Source of the DNA: a virus
Taxonomy: Duplodnaviria; Heunggongvirae; Uroviricota; Caudoviricetes
Length of the DNA: 43,946 nt
Direction: 5' to 3' (one strand)
Virus record (IMG/VR): IMGVR_UViG_3300045988_019467
Shown: positions 34,525 through 42,568 of the stretch, one piece after another
Numbering within the stretch: position 1 is the first letter of the stretch
How the letters are laid out: every line of letters begins with the position of its first letter
The notes under the pieces: generated by a model
The model's input: the letters and a program-made list of their open reading frames with translations, nothing else
Told to the model about the DNA's origin: nothing
Database searches by the model: none
Translations under genes and position numbers: made by a program

Positions 34525-34525
34525 C

Positions 34526-36808
34526 CTACTCCAAATCTTCCTCTGTCACCACCAGCATTTCATTCGGTTCGTATATTGTCTTCGGCCTTAATCTATCCCC
34601 TATTCTTTCAGGTATACGATATGTTCTCGGTACTACTTCGCCGTTTGCATCGCAGCCAAGCATTAGTTCACCATCTTTCAACATTTTATCAAGATGGGTG
34701 TTAGTCACAGAGAAGTCACCAGAACGGGCCACTATCTGCTGCTGAGTAAAACCGCGTCCGGTGTCATCAGACTGTTGCAGGTCTTCCAGCGCCGAAAGTA
34801 TTGACTCCTTCCTTCCTTCATCCCTGCCGCGTTTAACCTCTTCCTTTACTTTTTCTTTACCTTTATCAGATAGCCCTTCTTCCCGCTCTTTCTCCTCGTC
34901 AGTTTTGAACGGCTCGAAGCCCCACGGCATCAACACAAGCGCCTTGTGTGGCTCTGGCAGGTCGAGGTTAACGATTGTGCCGTATTCCTCGGTGCTACCC
35001 AGGAACTCAACTGCGCGGTATTCTTTCGGCGGTGGCGCTTCACGGAACTGTACCGACTCCAGAACCATGCCAACCGTCTTCTGTTGAGGCCCGTGCTTAA
35101 ATTTAGAGTGGTATACGTTTATCTGACGGTCTGTAGCGCGTTCGATTGTCAGTTCCACGTCGACACCGGCATACAATGCCCCACTGCCACGGGCTTTCTT
35201 TCCGCCCTTCGGTGTATGGTGGACGACGCCCACCGCGGCTTTAGTTGCGTCACGTACTTCTTTCAGGATGGCGATAACTTTACCCATGCCGATTGCCGTT
35301 GATGAACTGTTCTCGTCGAACTTATCAATCGTCAGTGCCAGCGTCTGGTTGAGGGTGTCGAACGCCACCATGCCGATTGGCTCGCCCTCCGCAGTTTCGC
35401 GCATTAACTTAATCAGGTTTTTCAGTTTTCCGACTTCACCCATGTCGATGACATGTACATAATCTTTACCTTCCTCGCCATATTTAGCCGCGAGTGCGTC
35501 GATACGTGTGCGCGTAGCTGCGCCACCCTCACCGTCGATATAGAAATGGTGGCAACGCTGGGTGTCTGCCCCTGCAAACCGATATCCGGCGGCGCTGAGG
35601 TACATCATCCCCAGCGTATAGAACGACTTGTACGTACCAGACTCACCGACAATATCCCATATGCAATCTGACGGCATATACCCTTCGACGACGAAATCAG
35701 CCTTTACCGGTGCCGGTAACTCATCCTCCTCTGAGTCCTCATCGTCTTCCAGGTCGTCGAGGCTGCATGAAACAGATTCACGCGCACCCCAGCCGATAGC
35801 CTCTGCGACTTCACTGAACGGCAGGCCAGTCGCATCGCACGCATATTTCCACACCTCTTTCGGCGACATGCCTTCGGTTGCCGTAATGTCGGTGTTGTGA
35901 ATCATGGTTACGTTCGGCGCTTCATATCCTTCACGCGGGAAACACAGCAGGAAGTCGTCAGGACGCGGCGTCGGGTCGCTGTAGTTTTCTGCATGCTCTG
36001 GTGTGGCTGGCATCTTAAGGCCGCGCGGCGTCATGATGCCGCCGTACTCGAACGCCAGTGCCTCGAACGCATCAGTAAACGCGGTGCGCAGTTCTTCCGG
36101 TATCTGGTAATCCGATGCGCCGCTAACGTCAACGGCGGGGATGCCTTCCAGCAACTCGTCCGGGTCAATCAGGTCGTTGCGGCGCGACCAGATAACCTGC
36201 GAGCCGACCGGCGGCAGGTACATAGGCTGGGACAGAGTGAACCCGCTGCGGTCAGCACCCATGCCCTTAAAGAAATGCTCCAGCAACCCGTGGCGAACAC
36301 GGATGACGTCACCACCCTCAACCGGGCGGGCCAGTGGCATGACGACGCGAAAGCGCGGTGATTCATCGGTATGGGATGCCGTGGTGTAAATGCACATCGC
36401 CAGGCGGCTGCGCTTAACCAGGCGCACAGCTTCCTGGTACTCTTCCGGTGTTGCACTGTCGAAGTCCAGATACGCCAGCGACGATTTGCTTACAGACGCG
36501 TCACAGCGGTAAAAGAAGCCTTTACGCGCTTGCTTAAAGTCGCCTGTTTCCGGGTCTTTTACGGTGCTGCGTGTCGAGTCGCACGCGGCTGTGATATAGC
36601 CGGGCGCTGTCTTCGGGTTAATTCCATCACGAACAGCATCGAGCGGCTGGATTAACTCTTTCAGGTCGTCCAGTGTTGCCGTGTGTGTGGTTCTGACGTT
36701 TATATCCTTTTTCTCTGCCCGCGCGTTGCGACGGGACCAAGAGTAGGATAAAATTACATCGGACATGTTGTATATTCCTTCAGCAAGTAATTTGGCCTCG
36801 GCGTTCAC
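34526..36808 (-). CDS. DNA primase/helicase (RecA-like ATPase domain)
   Basis: 760-aa protein with Walker A-like GESGTYKS in the C-terminal half; calling the N-terminal half a primase domain is by analogy with P4-type replicases, not a recognised motif. Confidence 0.55.
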   Translation of the reverse strand: MNAEAKLLAEGIYNMSDVILSYSWSRRNARAEKKDINVRTTHTATLDDLKELIQPLDAVRDGINPKTAPGYITAACDSTRSTVKDPETGDFKQARKGFFYRCDASVSKSSLAYLDFDSATPEEYQEAVRLVKRSRLAMCIYTTASHTDESPRFRVVMPLARPVEGGDVIRVRHGLLEHFFKGMGADRSGFTLSQPMYLPPVGSQVIWSRRNDLIDPDELLEGIPAVDVSGASDYQIPEELRTAFTDAFEALAFEYGGIMTPRGLKMPATPEHAENYSDPTPRPDDFLLCFPREGYEAPNVTMIHNTDITATEGMSPKEVWKYACDATGLPFSEVAEAIGWGARESVSCSLDDLEDDEDSEEDELPAPVKADFVVEGYMPSDCIWDIVGESGTYKSFYTLGMMYLSAAGYRFAGADTQRCHHFYIDGEGGAATRTRIDALAAKYGEEGKDYVHVIDMGEVGKLKNLIKLMRETAEGEPIGMVAFDTLNQTLALTIDKFDENSSSTAIGMGKVIAILKEVRDATKAAVGVVHHTPKGGKKARGSGALYAGVDVELTIERATDRQINVYHSKFKHGPQQKTVGMVLESVQFREAPPPKEYRAVEFLGSTEEYGTIVNLDLPEPHKALVLMPWGFEPFKTDEEKEREEGLSDKGKEKVKEEVKRGRDEGRKESILSALEDLQQSDDTGRGFTQQQIVARSGDFSVTNTHLDKMLKDGELMLGCDANGEVVPRTYRIPERIGDRLRPKTIYEPNEMLVVTEEDLE

Positions 36809-36825
36809 CGCGTCGGGGCTTTCTT

Positions 36826-37059
36826 TTATTCCAGGTCTTCTAAAGTAGCGGTCATTCCGCGAACTTCGGCAACGGCACTATATTTCCCGCCAACATTTTT
36901 CACGACACCGGATTTAACCAGTACACGTAACGACCCTTCAATAATGGCTGAACTATAGTACTTAAAATAACTACGGCGCAAGTCCATAACGCTGCACGAC
37001 CTTTTTTTACGGGTTAATGAAACGACCGCCGTAAATACGCGTGACTGGAACTCTGTCAT
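36826..37059 (-). CDS. hypothetical protein (C-terminal ...TLEDLE)
   Basis: 77-aa ORF; ATG overlaps the stop of the upstream gene (ATGA). Confidence 0.4.
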   Translation of the reverse strand: MTEFQSRVFTAVVSLTRKKRSCSVMDLRRSYFKYYSSAIIEGSLRVLVKSGVVKNVGGKYSAVAEVRGMTATLEDLE

Positions 37060-37226
37060 TTCACATTCTCCTTAATCCAGGCTTCCACTTTCTCCGGGTC
37101 AAACGTACCGGGCTGACGACGACCCATAATACGGATACAGCAATCAGGGAACTTCCCACTCTTTAACCAGTTATTCAGCGTGCGACGAGTAACCCCGATA
37201 CGCTCAGCTACTTCATTCTGCGTCAT
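37056..37226 (-). CDS. small HTH DNA-binding protein (AlpA/excisionase-like fold, putative regulator)
   Basis: 56-aa ORF with HTH-like segment (QNEVAERIGVTRRTLNNWLKSGKFP). Confidence 0.4.
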   Translation of the reverse strand: MTQNEVAERIGVTRRTLNNWLKSGKFPDCCIRIMGRRQPGTFDPEKVEAWIKENVK

Positions 37227-37365
37227 CTTTAATCTCCTTAATTACTTCCCGTGCGAACGCTGTAGCTGTGCCGTATTTATTAGGGCAGTATCTGCTCTCG
37301 TCATGCCCGTTAAACCACGCCTCTATCAGCAACTCTTTCAACTGTTCTTCTGTCAAAGTAACCAT
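37213..37365 (-). CDS. small hypothetical protein (first gene after the leftward early promoter)
   Basis: Start taken at ATG 37365 with RBS GAGGGT. Confidence 0.3.
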   Translation of the reverse strand: MVTLTEEQLKELLIEAWFNGHDESRYCPNKYGTATAFAREVIKEIKDDAE

Positions 37366-37397
37366 TCTCAAACCCTCATTATCAGTTAACGAAACCA

Positions 37398-37426
37398 AGT
37401 ATACATTGCGAATAATGGGAAATCAA
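37398..37426 (-). promoter_or_regulatory. sigma70-like promoter for the leftward operon (TTGATT-17-TATACT on minus strand)
   Basis: Minus-strand TTGATT (plus 37421..37426) and TATACT (plus 37398..37403) with 17-bp spacer, about 30 nt upstream of ATG 37365. Confidence 0.4.
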
Positions 37427-37703
37427 ACATAATCGCACCTATTGACATTATGAAAATCTTCGTTTAAGGTGCTTCTATATCTTAGTTACTTTGATTCCTG
37501 TTCACCTTGTAAGAATGTTTAACCCGTGCGTCAAGCAAAGGGTTAAACACAGGCTTACTGAACACAAGAATTATCGTAACTTTCCTTCCTTAGTATCTCC
37601 GGTTGCCCTGGGCAAGCTCTATTCTCATCAGCGGCATATCTCTTAAGTATCTGATTTTCTTAATGTGCCGTAGATTCGCAACCGTAAAAATGTAACGATT
37701 ATT

Positions 37704-37724
37704 GGGCAGGCTTAAGGCCTGCCC
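37704..37724. other. GC-rich hairpin (GGGCAGG-CTTAAGG-CCTGCCC) in the large intergenic control region
   Basis: Inverted repeat around a CTTAAG core, with only a short T-tract after it. Confidence 0.3.
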
Positions 37725-37805
37725 TTTAGTTACCAAGTAACAAGAATAAAGGCACAACCTTTCCTGAAGAATCACAACGGCAACGTAACCATTTTCAATG
37801 AATCT

Positions 37806-37838
37806 CTTGCGCACCCCAACATAATAGGATACTATTCA
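37806..37838 (+). promoter_or_regulatory. class-1 promoter-like element, copy 4 (TTGCGC-N7-CATAAT-AGGATACTATTCA)
   Basis: Same motif as the minus-strand copies, here on the + strand about 45 nt upstream of ATG 37870. Confidence 0.5.
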
Positions 37839-37869
37839 CTTATCGAAACGAGACAGAGGAGTGAGGGTT

Positions 37870-38061
37870 ATGTTTAAGAAGGGTCAGTTGGTTAAATACT
37901 CCGACGATAAACACGGCATAATTGAATTAAAATCTGCTTTATTTCCAGGAAAGTACGTAGTTACCGTGCAAAATGTGAGAGGAGTAAATTCACAAATATA
38001 CGTAGCGGAGGAGAACTTAAAACTAATCGGCAACAATTTTAAATTCAAAGAGGCGAAGTGA
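37870..38061 (+). CDS. hypothetical small protein
   Basis: RBS GAGGAG 9 nt upstream of ATG 37870; first gene of the rightward block. Confidence 0.45.
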   Translation: MFKKGQLVKYSDDKHGIIELKSALFPGKYVVTVQNVRGVNSQIYVAEENLKLIGNNFKFKEAK

Positions 38062-38267
38062 TGGAAGAATTATTTGAAGAACTGAAACACCATAAACTGG
38101 AAGAAGTGCATTCCATAATTACCCAGTACAGGGTTACTTTATTAGACGGTCCAACTATTTCTTCCGGGTCATGCGAGGATTCGCGGAAATTTTTACGTTT
38201 ACTACGAACGGCATCGAATCATGGTGCCAGTGCCGACGACTCTGAGGGAGGTTGCCGTGTTAAGTAA
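38058..38267 (+). CDS. hypothetical small protein
   Basis: ATGA start/stop overlap with the preceding gene. Confidence 0.4.
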   Translation: MMEELFEELKHHKLEEVHSIITQYRVTLLDGPTISSGSCEDSRKFLRLLRTASNHGASADDSEGGCRVK

Positions 38268-38466
38268 ATACCGCATAGTTAGTGTAGAGTGGGTTACCGC
38301 CTTCGGTGAGAAACGAATTACACCCGCCGTGCAGGTGCGGGTTGGCTTTTTCTGGTGGGTTACTCTGACCCATTGCGAAAGCGTCAAGCAGGCGCGTTAC
38401 TACATCGAACACGGTTGCACCCGGCGCGAGAAATCTAAAGTTATCGGAGTTATTAGTTATGAATAG
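38221..38466 (+). CDS. hypothetical small protein (start uncertain)
   Basis: ORF overlaps the previous gene by 47 nt; the true start may be downstream. Confidence 0.3.
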   Translation: MVPVPTTLREVAVLSKYRIVSVEWVTAFGEKRITPAVQVRVGFFWWVTLTHCESVKQARYYIEHGCTRREKSKVIGVISYE

Positions 38467-38635
38467 CCGCACCTTTATTTTGAGAGAAGCGTTCGAACGG
38501 TGGGCCGTCGTTGAGGGTCTGCCGGTTAACAAGGGTTCAAAGAAAGAGTACCTGAACGTTAAGACGCGTCTCGCGTGGCGGGCGTGGAAAGCTGGTGTGC
38601 AATCCTTGATTGAAAGAGGTGTGAGATATGGGTAA
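38459..38635 (+). CDS. hypothetical small protein
   Basis: 58-aa ORF overlapping both neighbours at start and stop. Confidence 0.3.
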   Translation: MNSRTFILREAFERWAVVEGLPVNKGSKKEYLNVKTRLAWRAWKAGVQSLIERGVRYG

Positions 38636-38840
38636 GTGGATTAAGTGTAGTGAGCGGATGCCGCCGAAAATGACAGGCGTTCTTGTAGCTACAGAGTTTG
38701 GACATAAAGGCGATTGGCGGATGAAGTGGGCTACTTATATCCCCGGTCATCCTGACGCTGATGATGGGTGGCTAATTCCTGGGGCTTCCTGGAAACCGTC
38801 ACACTGGATGCCGCTACCTGAGCCACCTTCGCTGGTATAA
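38628..38840 (+). CDS. DUF551-like small protein
   Basis: Pattern W-x-C-SERMP...GVLVAT...W...P...WMPLPEPP, recalled as typical of the phage DUF551 family. Confidence 0.45.
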   Translation: MGKWIKCSERMPPKMTGVLVATEFGHKGDWRMKWATYIPGHPDADDGWLIPGASWKPSHWMPLPEPPSLV

Positions 38841-38885
38841 CAGGTGGTGTAACAGGTCAATAGCTTACTATTTTACTGAGTGACT

Positions 38886-38925
38886 TACGCTGCTACACAG
38901 CAGCGTATCATTTTTCTCATTTTTG
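38886..38925 (+). terminator. intrinsic terminator (TACGCTGCT-ACAC-AGCAGCGTA + T-rich tail)
   Basis: 9-bp perfect stem followed by TCATTTTTCTCATTTTTG. Confidence 0.6.
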
Positions 38926-39001
38926 TTCTATTTCACCAAACGCAACAATCGAAGCGACTATTGCAGGAGATGCAACAATATAACACACCAATAAAATTTA
39001 C

Positions 39002-39033
39002 TTGCACACTGGGATAGAATAGGCTACTATTCA
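39002..39033 (+). promoter_or_regulatory. class-1 promoter-like element, copy 5 (TTGCAC-N7-TAGAAT-AGGCTACTATTCA)
   Basis: Same motif; + strand, about 45 nt upstream of ATG 39062 and just after the terminator. Confidence 0.5.
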
Positions 39034-39061
39034 TTTACACAAACGAGAGGAGAGACGGAAG

Positions 39062-39181
39062 ATGTATAAGTATCTGACGGTTGAGAAACTGGAACAGCTT
39101 TATGCTGAGTTGCGAGTTTGCAGTGTATGCAGCGGCGACAACGAGCATGTTTACGGCGAACTGGAGGTAGCTGATGAGTAA
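39062..39181 (+). CDS. very small hypothetical protein (CxxC-containing)
   Basis: 39-aa ORF with RBS GAGAGGAGAG; overlaps the next gene start. Confidence 0.25.
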   Translation: MYKYLTVEKLEQLYAELRVCSVCSGDNEHVYGELEVADE

Positions 39182-39599
39182 CAAAAACGAAGTATTCGAG
39201 TACCTGATTGACCAGCTACGGCAGCAGGTGAACAACAGCCCGTACAAGCAACAGTGCGAAGACCTGGCGCACGAGGTGTTGTCACTCAAGAATCAGTTAC
39301 GTGATGCTTCGGCGCAGATTAAGGAGTTGCATCTGGCTCTGGCCCAAGCTACGGGTGACGTGGAGGCGTATAAACTTATCCGCAAAGGTGGGTACGTTTC
39401 CGCAGGCCAGCGCTACGTGGTTGGCGAACATGCGCCAGGGCCAACGGTAAATTGTCGGTGCACACAGACGCCTGTACCGCCGGAGCAATCTGGTTGCCGT
39501 AAGGAAGATACGCAGGAGTGCCGCCACGACTTTGAATACATATACCCTGAAAGCGGGGTGCACCGTCATTGTATTAAATGTGGATGGATAACCGAATGA
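39174..39599 (+). CDS. hypothetical Cys-rich protein
   Basis: 141-aa ORF; coiled-coil-like N-terminus, Cys/His-rich C-terminus (CRC...CRKE...CRHD...HRHCIKCGW). Confidence 0.45.
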   Translation: MSNKNEVFEYLIDQLRQQVNNSPYKQQCEDLAHEVLSLKNQLRDASAQIKELHLALAQATGDVEAYKLIRKGGYVSAGQRYVVGEHAPGPTVNCRCTQTPVPPEQSGCRKEDTQECRHDFEYIYPESGVHRHCIKCGWITE

Positions 39600-39799
39600 C
39601 CAGCATCTTATTTATCTGGGTACTGTCTGCGGGCCAGATGCACCTGGCGGCATCGGAAACGTTTTACTCGATGGAGGCGTGCCAGTCAGCGGCACGCGCC
39701 GCAGAGAACGCGCACTTCCTGTTTCAGGGCGACAAGCCCAACGATTCAGAGGTACGCGCTATCTGCTCACCTAAGCGACTTGGTAAACAGGAGAAGTGA
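39596..39799 (+). CDS. small protein with N-terminal signal-like hydrophobic segment
   Basis: ATGA overlap with the previous stop; N-terminus MTSILFIWVLSAGQMHLAAS followed by a polar Cys-containing region. Confidence 0.35.
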   Translation: MTSILFIWVLSAGQMHLAASETFYSMEACQSAARAAENAHFLFQGDKPNDSEVRAICSPKRLGKQEK

Positions 39800-40092
39800 T
39801 GTCTCTTGCAACTGACATCCTGAAACGAAGCGGCCTTGCGCCGCTGTCGCCGAGGGCAAACACACGGATATACAAGCGCCGCCGTAATGCGCTGTACCCA
39901 GAGATTCAGGCCAGACGCAAAGCTATCCGCGCCTGTGGATTCCAGAACGGTAAGGCCGTGAACCTCGGTGAGTTTAAAACACAGGAACGTGCGGCTATCG
40001 CTAATCGGCTATTTAATTACTGGAAATCGCTGGGGTACGAGGATATTCCGACGAAACCGCAGAGACGACAATACATCTGGAGACACAAATAA
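39796..40092 (+). CDS. hypothetical basic protein
   Basis: 98-aa ORF with ATGA overlap to the previous gene. Confidence 0.4.
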   Translation: MMSLATDILKRSGLAPLSPRANTRIYKRRRNALYPEIQARRKAIRACGFQNGKAVNLGEFKTQERAAIANRLFNYWKSLGYEDIPTKPQRRQYIWRHK

Positions 40093-40167
40093 ACTGTTAT
40101 TAAGATAATTCCTACCCGTGCTATCCTCCAGTTACTGCATACTTAATACGCACCTGGAGGATTCATC

Positions 40168-40476
40168 TTGGATAAATTTACTGAAACAGTGACAGGCTGG
40201 CTTCTGGCTGCCGCGCTAGCCGGAGGGGTCATCGGACTACGACAACATAAGTCCGTTATTTCTGGCCCTATCGACGGCTTCTGCTTTATTGCTACCGGCT
40301 TCACTTGCGCCGTATTTGGCGCACCTCTCGCGGCTCAATGGTTTGGCATTACCGGTGAGCGTGAGATAGCTGGCCTCGGATTCATCATTGCCATTCTCTG
40401 GATGCCCATCTATTCCCGCCTATCCGGTATCGTCGCCGGAGAATACATCGCACGTCGAGGAGGCACAGATGAATGA
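40168..40476 (+). CDS. holin (three predicted TM helices; TTG start)
   Basis: Three hydrophobic helices and a charged C-terminus; RBS GGAGG 7 nt upstream of TTG; immediately upstream of a second membrane protein and the endolysin. Confidence 0.5.
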   Translation: MDKFTETVTGWLLAAALAGGVIGLRQHKSVISGPIDGFCFIATGFTCAVFGAPLAAQWFGITGEREIAGLGFIIAILWMPIYSRLSGIVAGEYIARRGGTDE

Positions 40477-40741
40477 GTTATTCTGGTTCGGTGGTATGCT
40501 GGCAATCGGAGGCGCATCGCTGTTTAATGTGTATCACCCCCGCGTGGACGACGGACTATTTGGCCGGGTGCTCTATATCCTGACTGCTATTGTCTGCGCC
40601 GCCGGAGGCATTCACCTGTTACAGGGCAGCATGTCGCCCACGTTGCCTGAGACCTTAATCACATTAGTTGCGCTGCGTCAGATTCGTCAGGCGTGGCTGT
40701 CGTACGGAGGGCATAAGCGTGTCTCGAAACATTTCAGATAA
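40469..40741 (+). CDS. second holin-like membrane protein (holin or antiholin; two predicted TM helices)
   Basis: RBS GAGGAGG; two hydrophobic segments; overlaps the holin 3' end and the endolysin 5' end. Confidence 0.4.
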   Translation: MNELFWFGGMLAIGGASLFNVYHPRVDDGLFGRVLYILTAIVCAAGGIHLLQGSMSPTLPETLITLVALRQIRQAWLSYGGHKRVSKHFR

Positions 40742-41207
40742 TGGATTGCATTTTACCGCTGCGTTTGAGGGATTCCGTGGAACTGCGTATCGCGCTACGC
40801 CGAATGAGAAGTACCTGACTATTGGGTATGGAAGCTATGGCCCTCATGTGTATGAAGGGCAGAAGATTACGAAGGGGCAAGGCCTCCTGTTACTGAATCG
40901 TGATATGGCTAAGGCCGTAGCCGCGGTTGACGCCGCAGCGCACCATTCACTGACACAATCACAGTTCGACGCTGTGTGTGACCTGGTCTACAACGCGGGA
41001 GCTGGTGTGATTGCCGCAACTACCGGCACAGGTAAAGCGCTGCGTTCTGGCGATATTGCTACGCTGCGGGCTAAGCTGGCGCTGTTCATCAACCAGAACG
41101 GCAAACCGTTACTCGGCCTGCGTCGCCGCACTGCGGGACGTCTGGCCTTGTTCGACGGTAAACCGTGGCAGGAGGCTGAGGCTATTGGGCGCGCGGTGAA
41201 AGGTTGA
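40719..41207 (+). CDS. endolysin, lysozyme-like (GH24-type)
   Basis: N-terminal motif GLHFTAAFEGFRGTAYRA...TIGYG typical of phage lysozymes; GTG start with RBS GGAGGG 8 nt upstream (the frame is open from 40668). Confidence 0.65.
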   Translation: MSRNISDNGLHFTAAFEGFRGTAYRATPNEKYLTIGYGSYGPHVYEGQKITKGQGLLLLNRDMAKAVAAVDAAAHHSLTQSQFDAVCDLVYNAGAGVIAATTGTGKALRSGDIATLRAKLALFINQNGKPLLGLRRRTAGRLALFDGKPWQEAEAIGRAVKG

Positions 41208-41273
41208 CACCTAAGACTAATCCGCCGATACTTAAATCACCTCCTGTTCCATCCCTCTGCTCTCCAGTTTTAT

Positions 41274-41303
41274 CCCGGCCCTGACCCAGCCGGGATTTTT
41301 TTT
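41274..41303 (+). terminator. intrinsic terminator after the lysis cassette
   Basis: CCCGGC-N9-GCCGGG stem followed by a run of eight T. Confidence 0.7.
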
Positions 41304-41324
41304 ATCTATTTTCTGCTATGACTA

Positions 41325-41353
41325 GTTGACTAATACCATCGACCCTATTATAT
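41325..41353 (+). promoter_or_regulatory. sigma70-like promoter (TTGACT-17-TATATT) containing the CCCTATTATATT half-motif
   Basis: TTGACT at 41325..41330 and TATATT at 41348..41353; shares CCCTATTATATT with the class-1 elements. Confidence 0.4.
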
Positions 41354-41387
41354 TTACTCCATCGACAACGAGAACGGAGTAGAGAAG

Positions 41388-41585
41388 ATGAGTAACGTAT
41401 CGACGATAGAAATAACCGAGGAACTTGAAGCTAAATGCATCGCGTCTGCTATGGGTGGGGATTCGGTGGAAAAACTACAGATGAGGGCCGCTGCGGGCTA
41501 CATACGCAGAGCTAATTCCGCGATGACTGATGTTTTACGTAAACGTTACCTCGTGAAAGCGTTAGAAATCCTGGAGAATAACTAA
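41388..41585 (+). CDS. hypothetical small protein
   Basis: 65-aa ORF with RBS-like GGAGTAGAGAAG; first gene after the promoter. Confidence 0.4.
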   Translation: MSNVSTIEITEELEAKCIASAMGGDSVEKLQMRAAAGYIRRANSAMTDVLRKRYLVKALEILENN

Positions 41586-41734
41586 TGAAAATCACAGATA
41601 TTGAAGCATTCGAAGACGCGCAACTGATGGCACGCATCGCCGTTAGTAACCTGAGCAACAGCATTCCGGCTGACGCGTTCTGGTTCGCCGCAATGCAGAC
41701 ACTTAAAGCAGCTTATGCAGGAGAGAAGAAATGA
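41585..41734 (+). CDS. hypothetical small protein
   Basis: 49-aa ORF with TAATG coupling to the preceding gene. Confidence 0.3.
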   Translation: MKITDIEAFEDAQLMARIAVSNLSNSIPADAFWFAAMQTLKAAYAGEKK

Positions 41735-41892
41735 GCGAACAAGGTCAAGTAAGTCAACCCTTACGAGTAGGCCGTAAAGTCAGTCACACCCCGTTCCCGA
41801 CACGTGAGGAACTGATGAAACGTAACAGTTTCCCGGGGCCGGACAAGAACAAGTATCTCAATCGCATGTGGGGAGAGCGTAAAAATGACTGA
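41731..41892 (+). CDS. hypothetical small protein
   Basis: 53-aa ORF with ATGA coupling. Confidence 0.3.
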   Translation: MSEQGQVSQPLRVGRKVSHTPFPTREELMKRNSFPGPDKNKYLNRMWGERKND

Positions 41893-42070
41893 CCGTGAAT
41901 ATGAAAAGATGATGGTAGAGGCCGTTAACAGTGGCGTAGACATCGGTCACGTGATGCACGTCCTGAATACTAAAATCGCGGTAGCCGAGCAAATGGTTGA
42001 GTCACTTTACGAGACGCGCCGTGAACTGATTAATCGCTTCAACCTGAACAAAGGTGACACCAATGCCTAA
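41885..42070 (+). CDS. hypothetical small protein
   Basis: 61-aa ORF overlapping its neighbours. Confidence 0.35.
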   Translation: MTDREYEKMMVEAVNSGVDIGHVMHVLNTKIAVAEQMVESLYETRRELINRFNLNKGDTNA

Positions 42071-42311
42071 AATCACAATCGCATCACTTGAGCGCCGTAT
42101 TCTGGTGCTCGAGTCAGAGAAACAGACGTTAGGTGGGCAACTGTCGATTAACGGTGAGTACCAGTTAGCCGCATTTAAGGTTCTTCTCATGTTGTTGAGA
42201 GGAGAAGAGGAAAAGATGAACGCCTGCGAGCATGATTACCGCCTGCATTTAGTTGATGGGGTGCATCGAGTCACATGCTTAAAATGCGGTAAAGCGTATG
42301 AAGTCGCCTGA
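42063..42311 (+). CDS. hypothetical small protein with C-terminal Cys/His cluster
   Basis: 82-aa ORF; coiled-coil-like N-terminus and CEHDYRLH...CLKCGK. Confidence 0.35.
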   Translation: MPKITIASLERRILVLESEKQTLGGQLSINGEYQLAAFKVLLMLLRGEEEKMNACEHDYRLHLVDGVHRVTCLKCGKAYEVA

Positions 42312-42480
42312 ACCAGTAGTTATAGATGGCGTCCTGTGGAAACCTTACTCGGTTAACCACATCGACGCCGACGGGAAGAAGTTCAGCTTCTACATTTTTG
42401 CAATTAGCCGTGAGCACGCCGCCTGTGTGGTAGACGATATACGAGAAACGGCGTGGCTCGGTGATGAGATAGTGGGGTGA
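42298..42480 (+). CDS. hypothetical small protein
   Basis: 60-aa ORF overlapping the previous stop. Confidence 0.35.
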   Translation: MKSPEPVVIDGVLWKPYSVNHIDADGKKFSFYIFAISREHAACVVDDIRETAWLGDEIVG

Positions 42481-42484
42481 GAGT

Positions 42485-42568
42485 ATGAGTCTGGAGGTGG
42501 TTATCGGTCTGGTTGGCCTTAGTTACTTCATTGGGTTGTTGGTTGGCCTTCTGTGGGGTAGATACTAA
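42485..42568 (+). CDS. 27-aa hydrophobic peptide (putative)
   Basis: Short ORF encoding a single TM-like helix; TAATG-coupled to the next gene; very short. Confidence 0.2.
   Translation: MSLEVVIGLVGLSYFIGLLVGLLWGRY

Noticed and set aside
35897-36655. Several plus-strand ORFs of 82-154 aa antisense to the primase/helicase gene
   Set aside because: Arg/Ala-rich antisense frames within a 760-aa gene with a Walker A motif; no start context.
37590-37814. 74-aa minus-strand ORF in the large intergenic control region
   Set aside because: No RBS, overlaps the predicted promoter and hairpin elements, and would be transcribed away from any identified promoter.
3025-39033. Sigma54-type interpretation of the conserved TTGCA box in class-1 elements
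   Set aside because: Sigma54 promoters need a GG element about 12 bp upstream of the TTGCA-type -12 box; none of the five copies has one, and all have a TATAAT-like hexamer 7 bp downstream instead.
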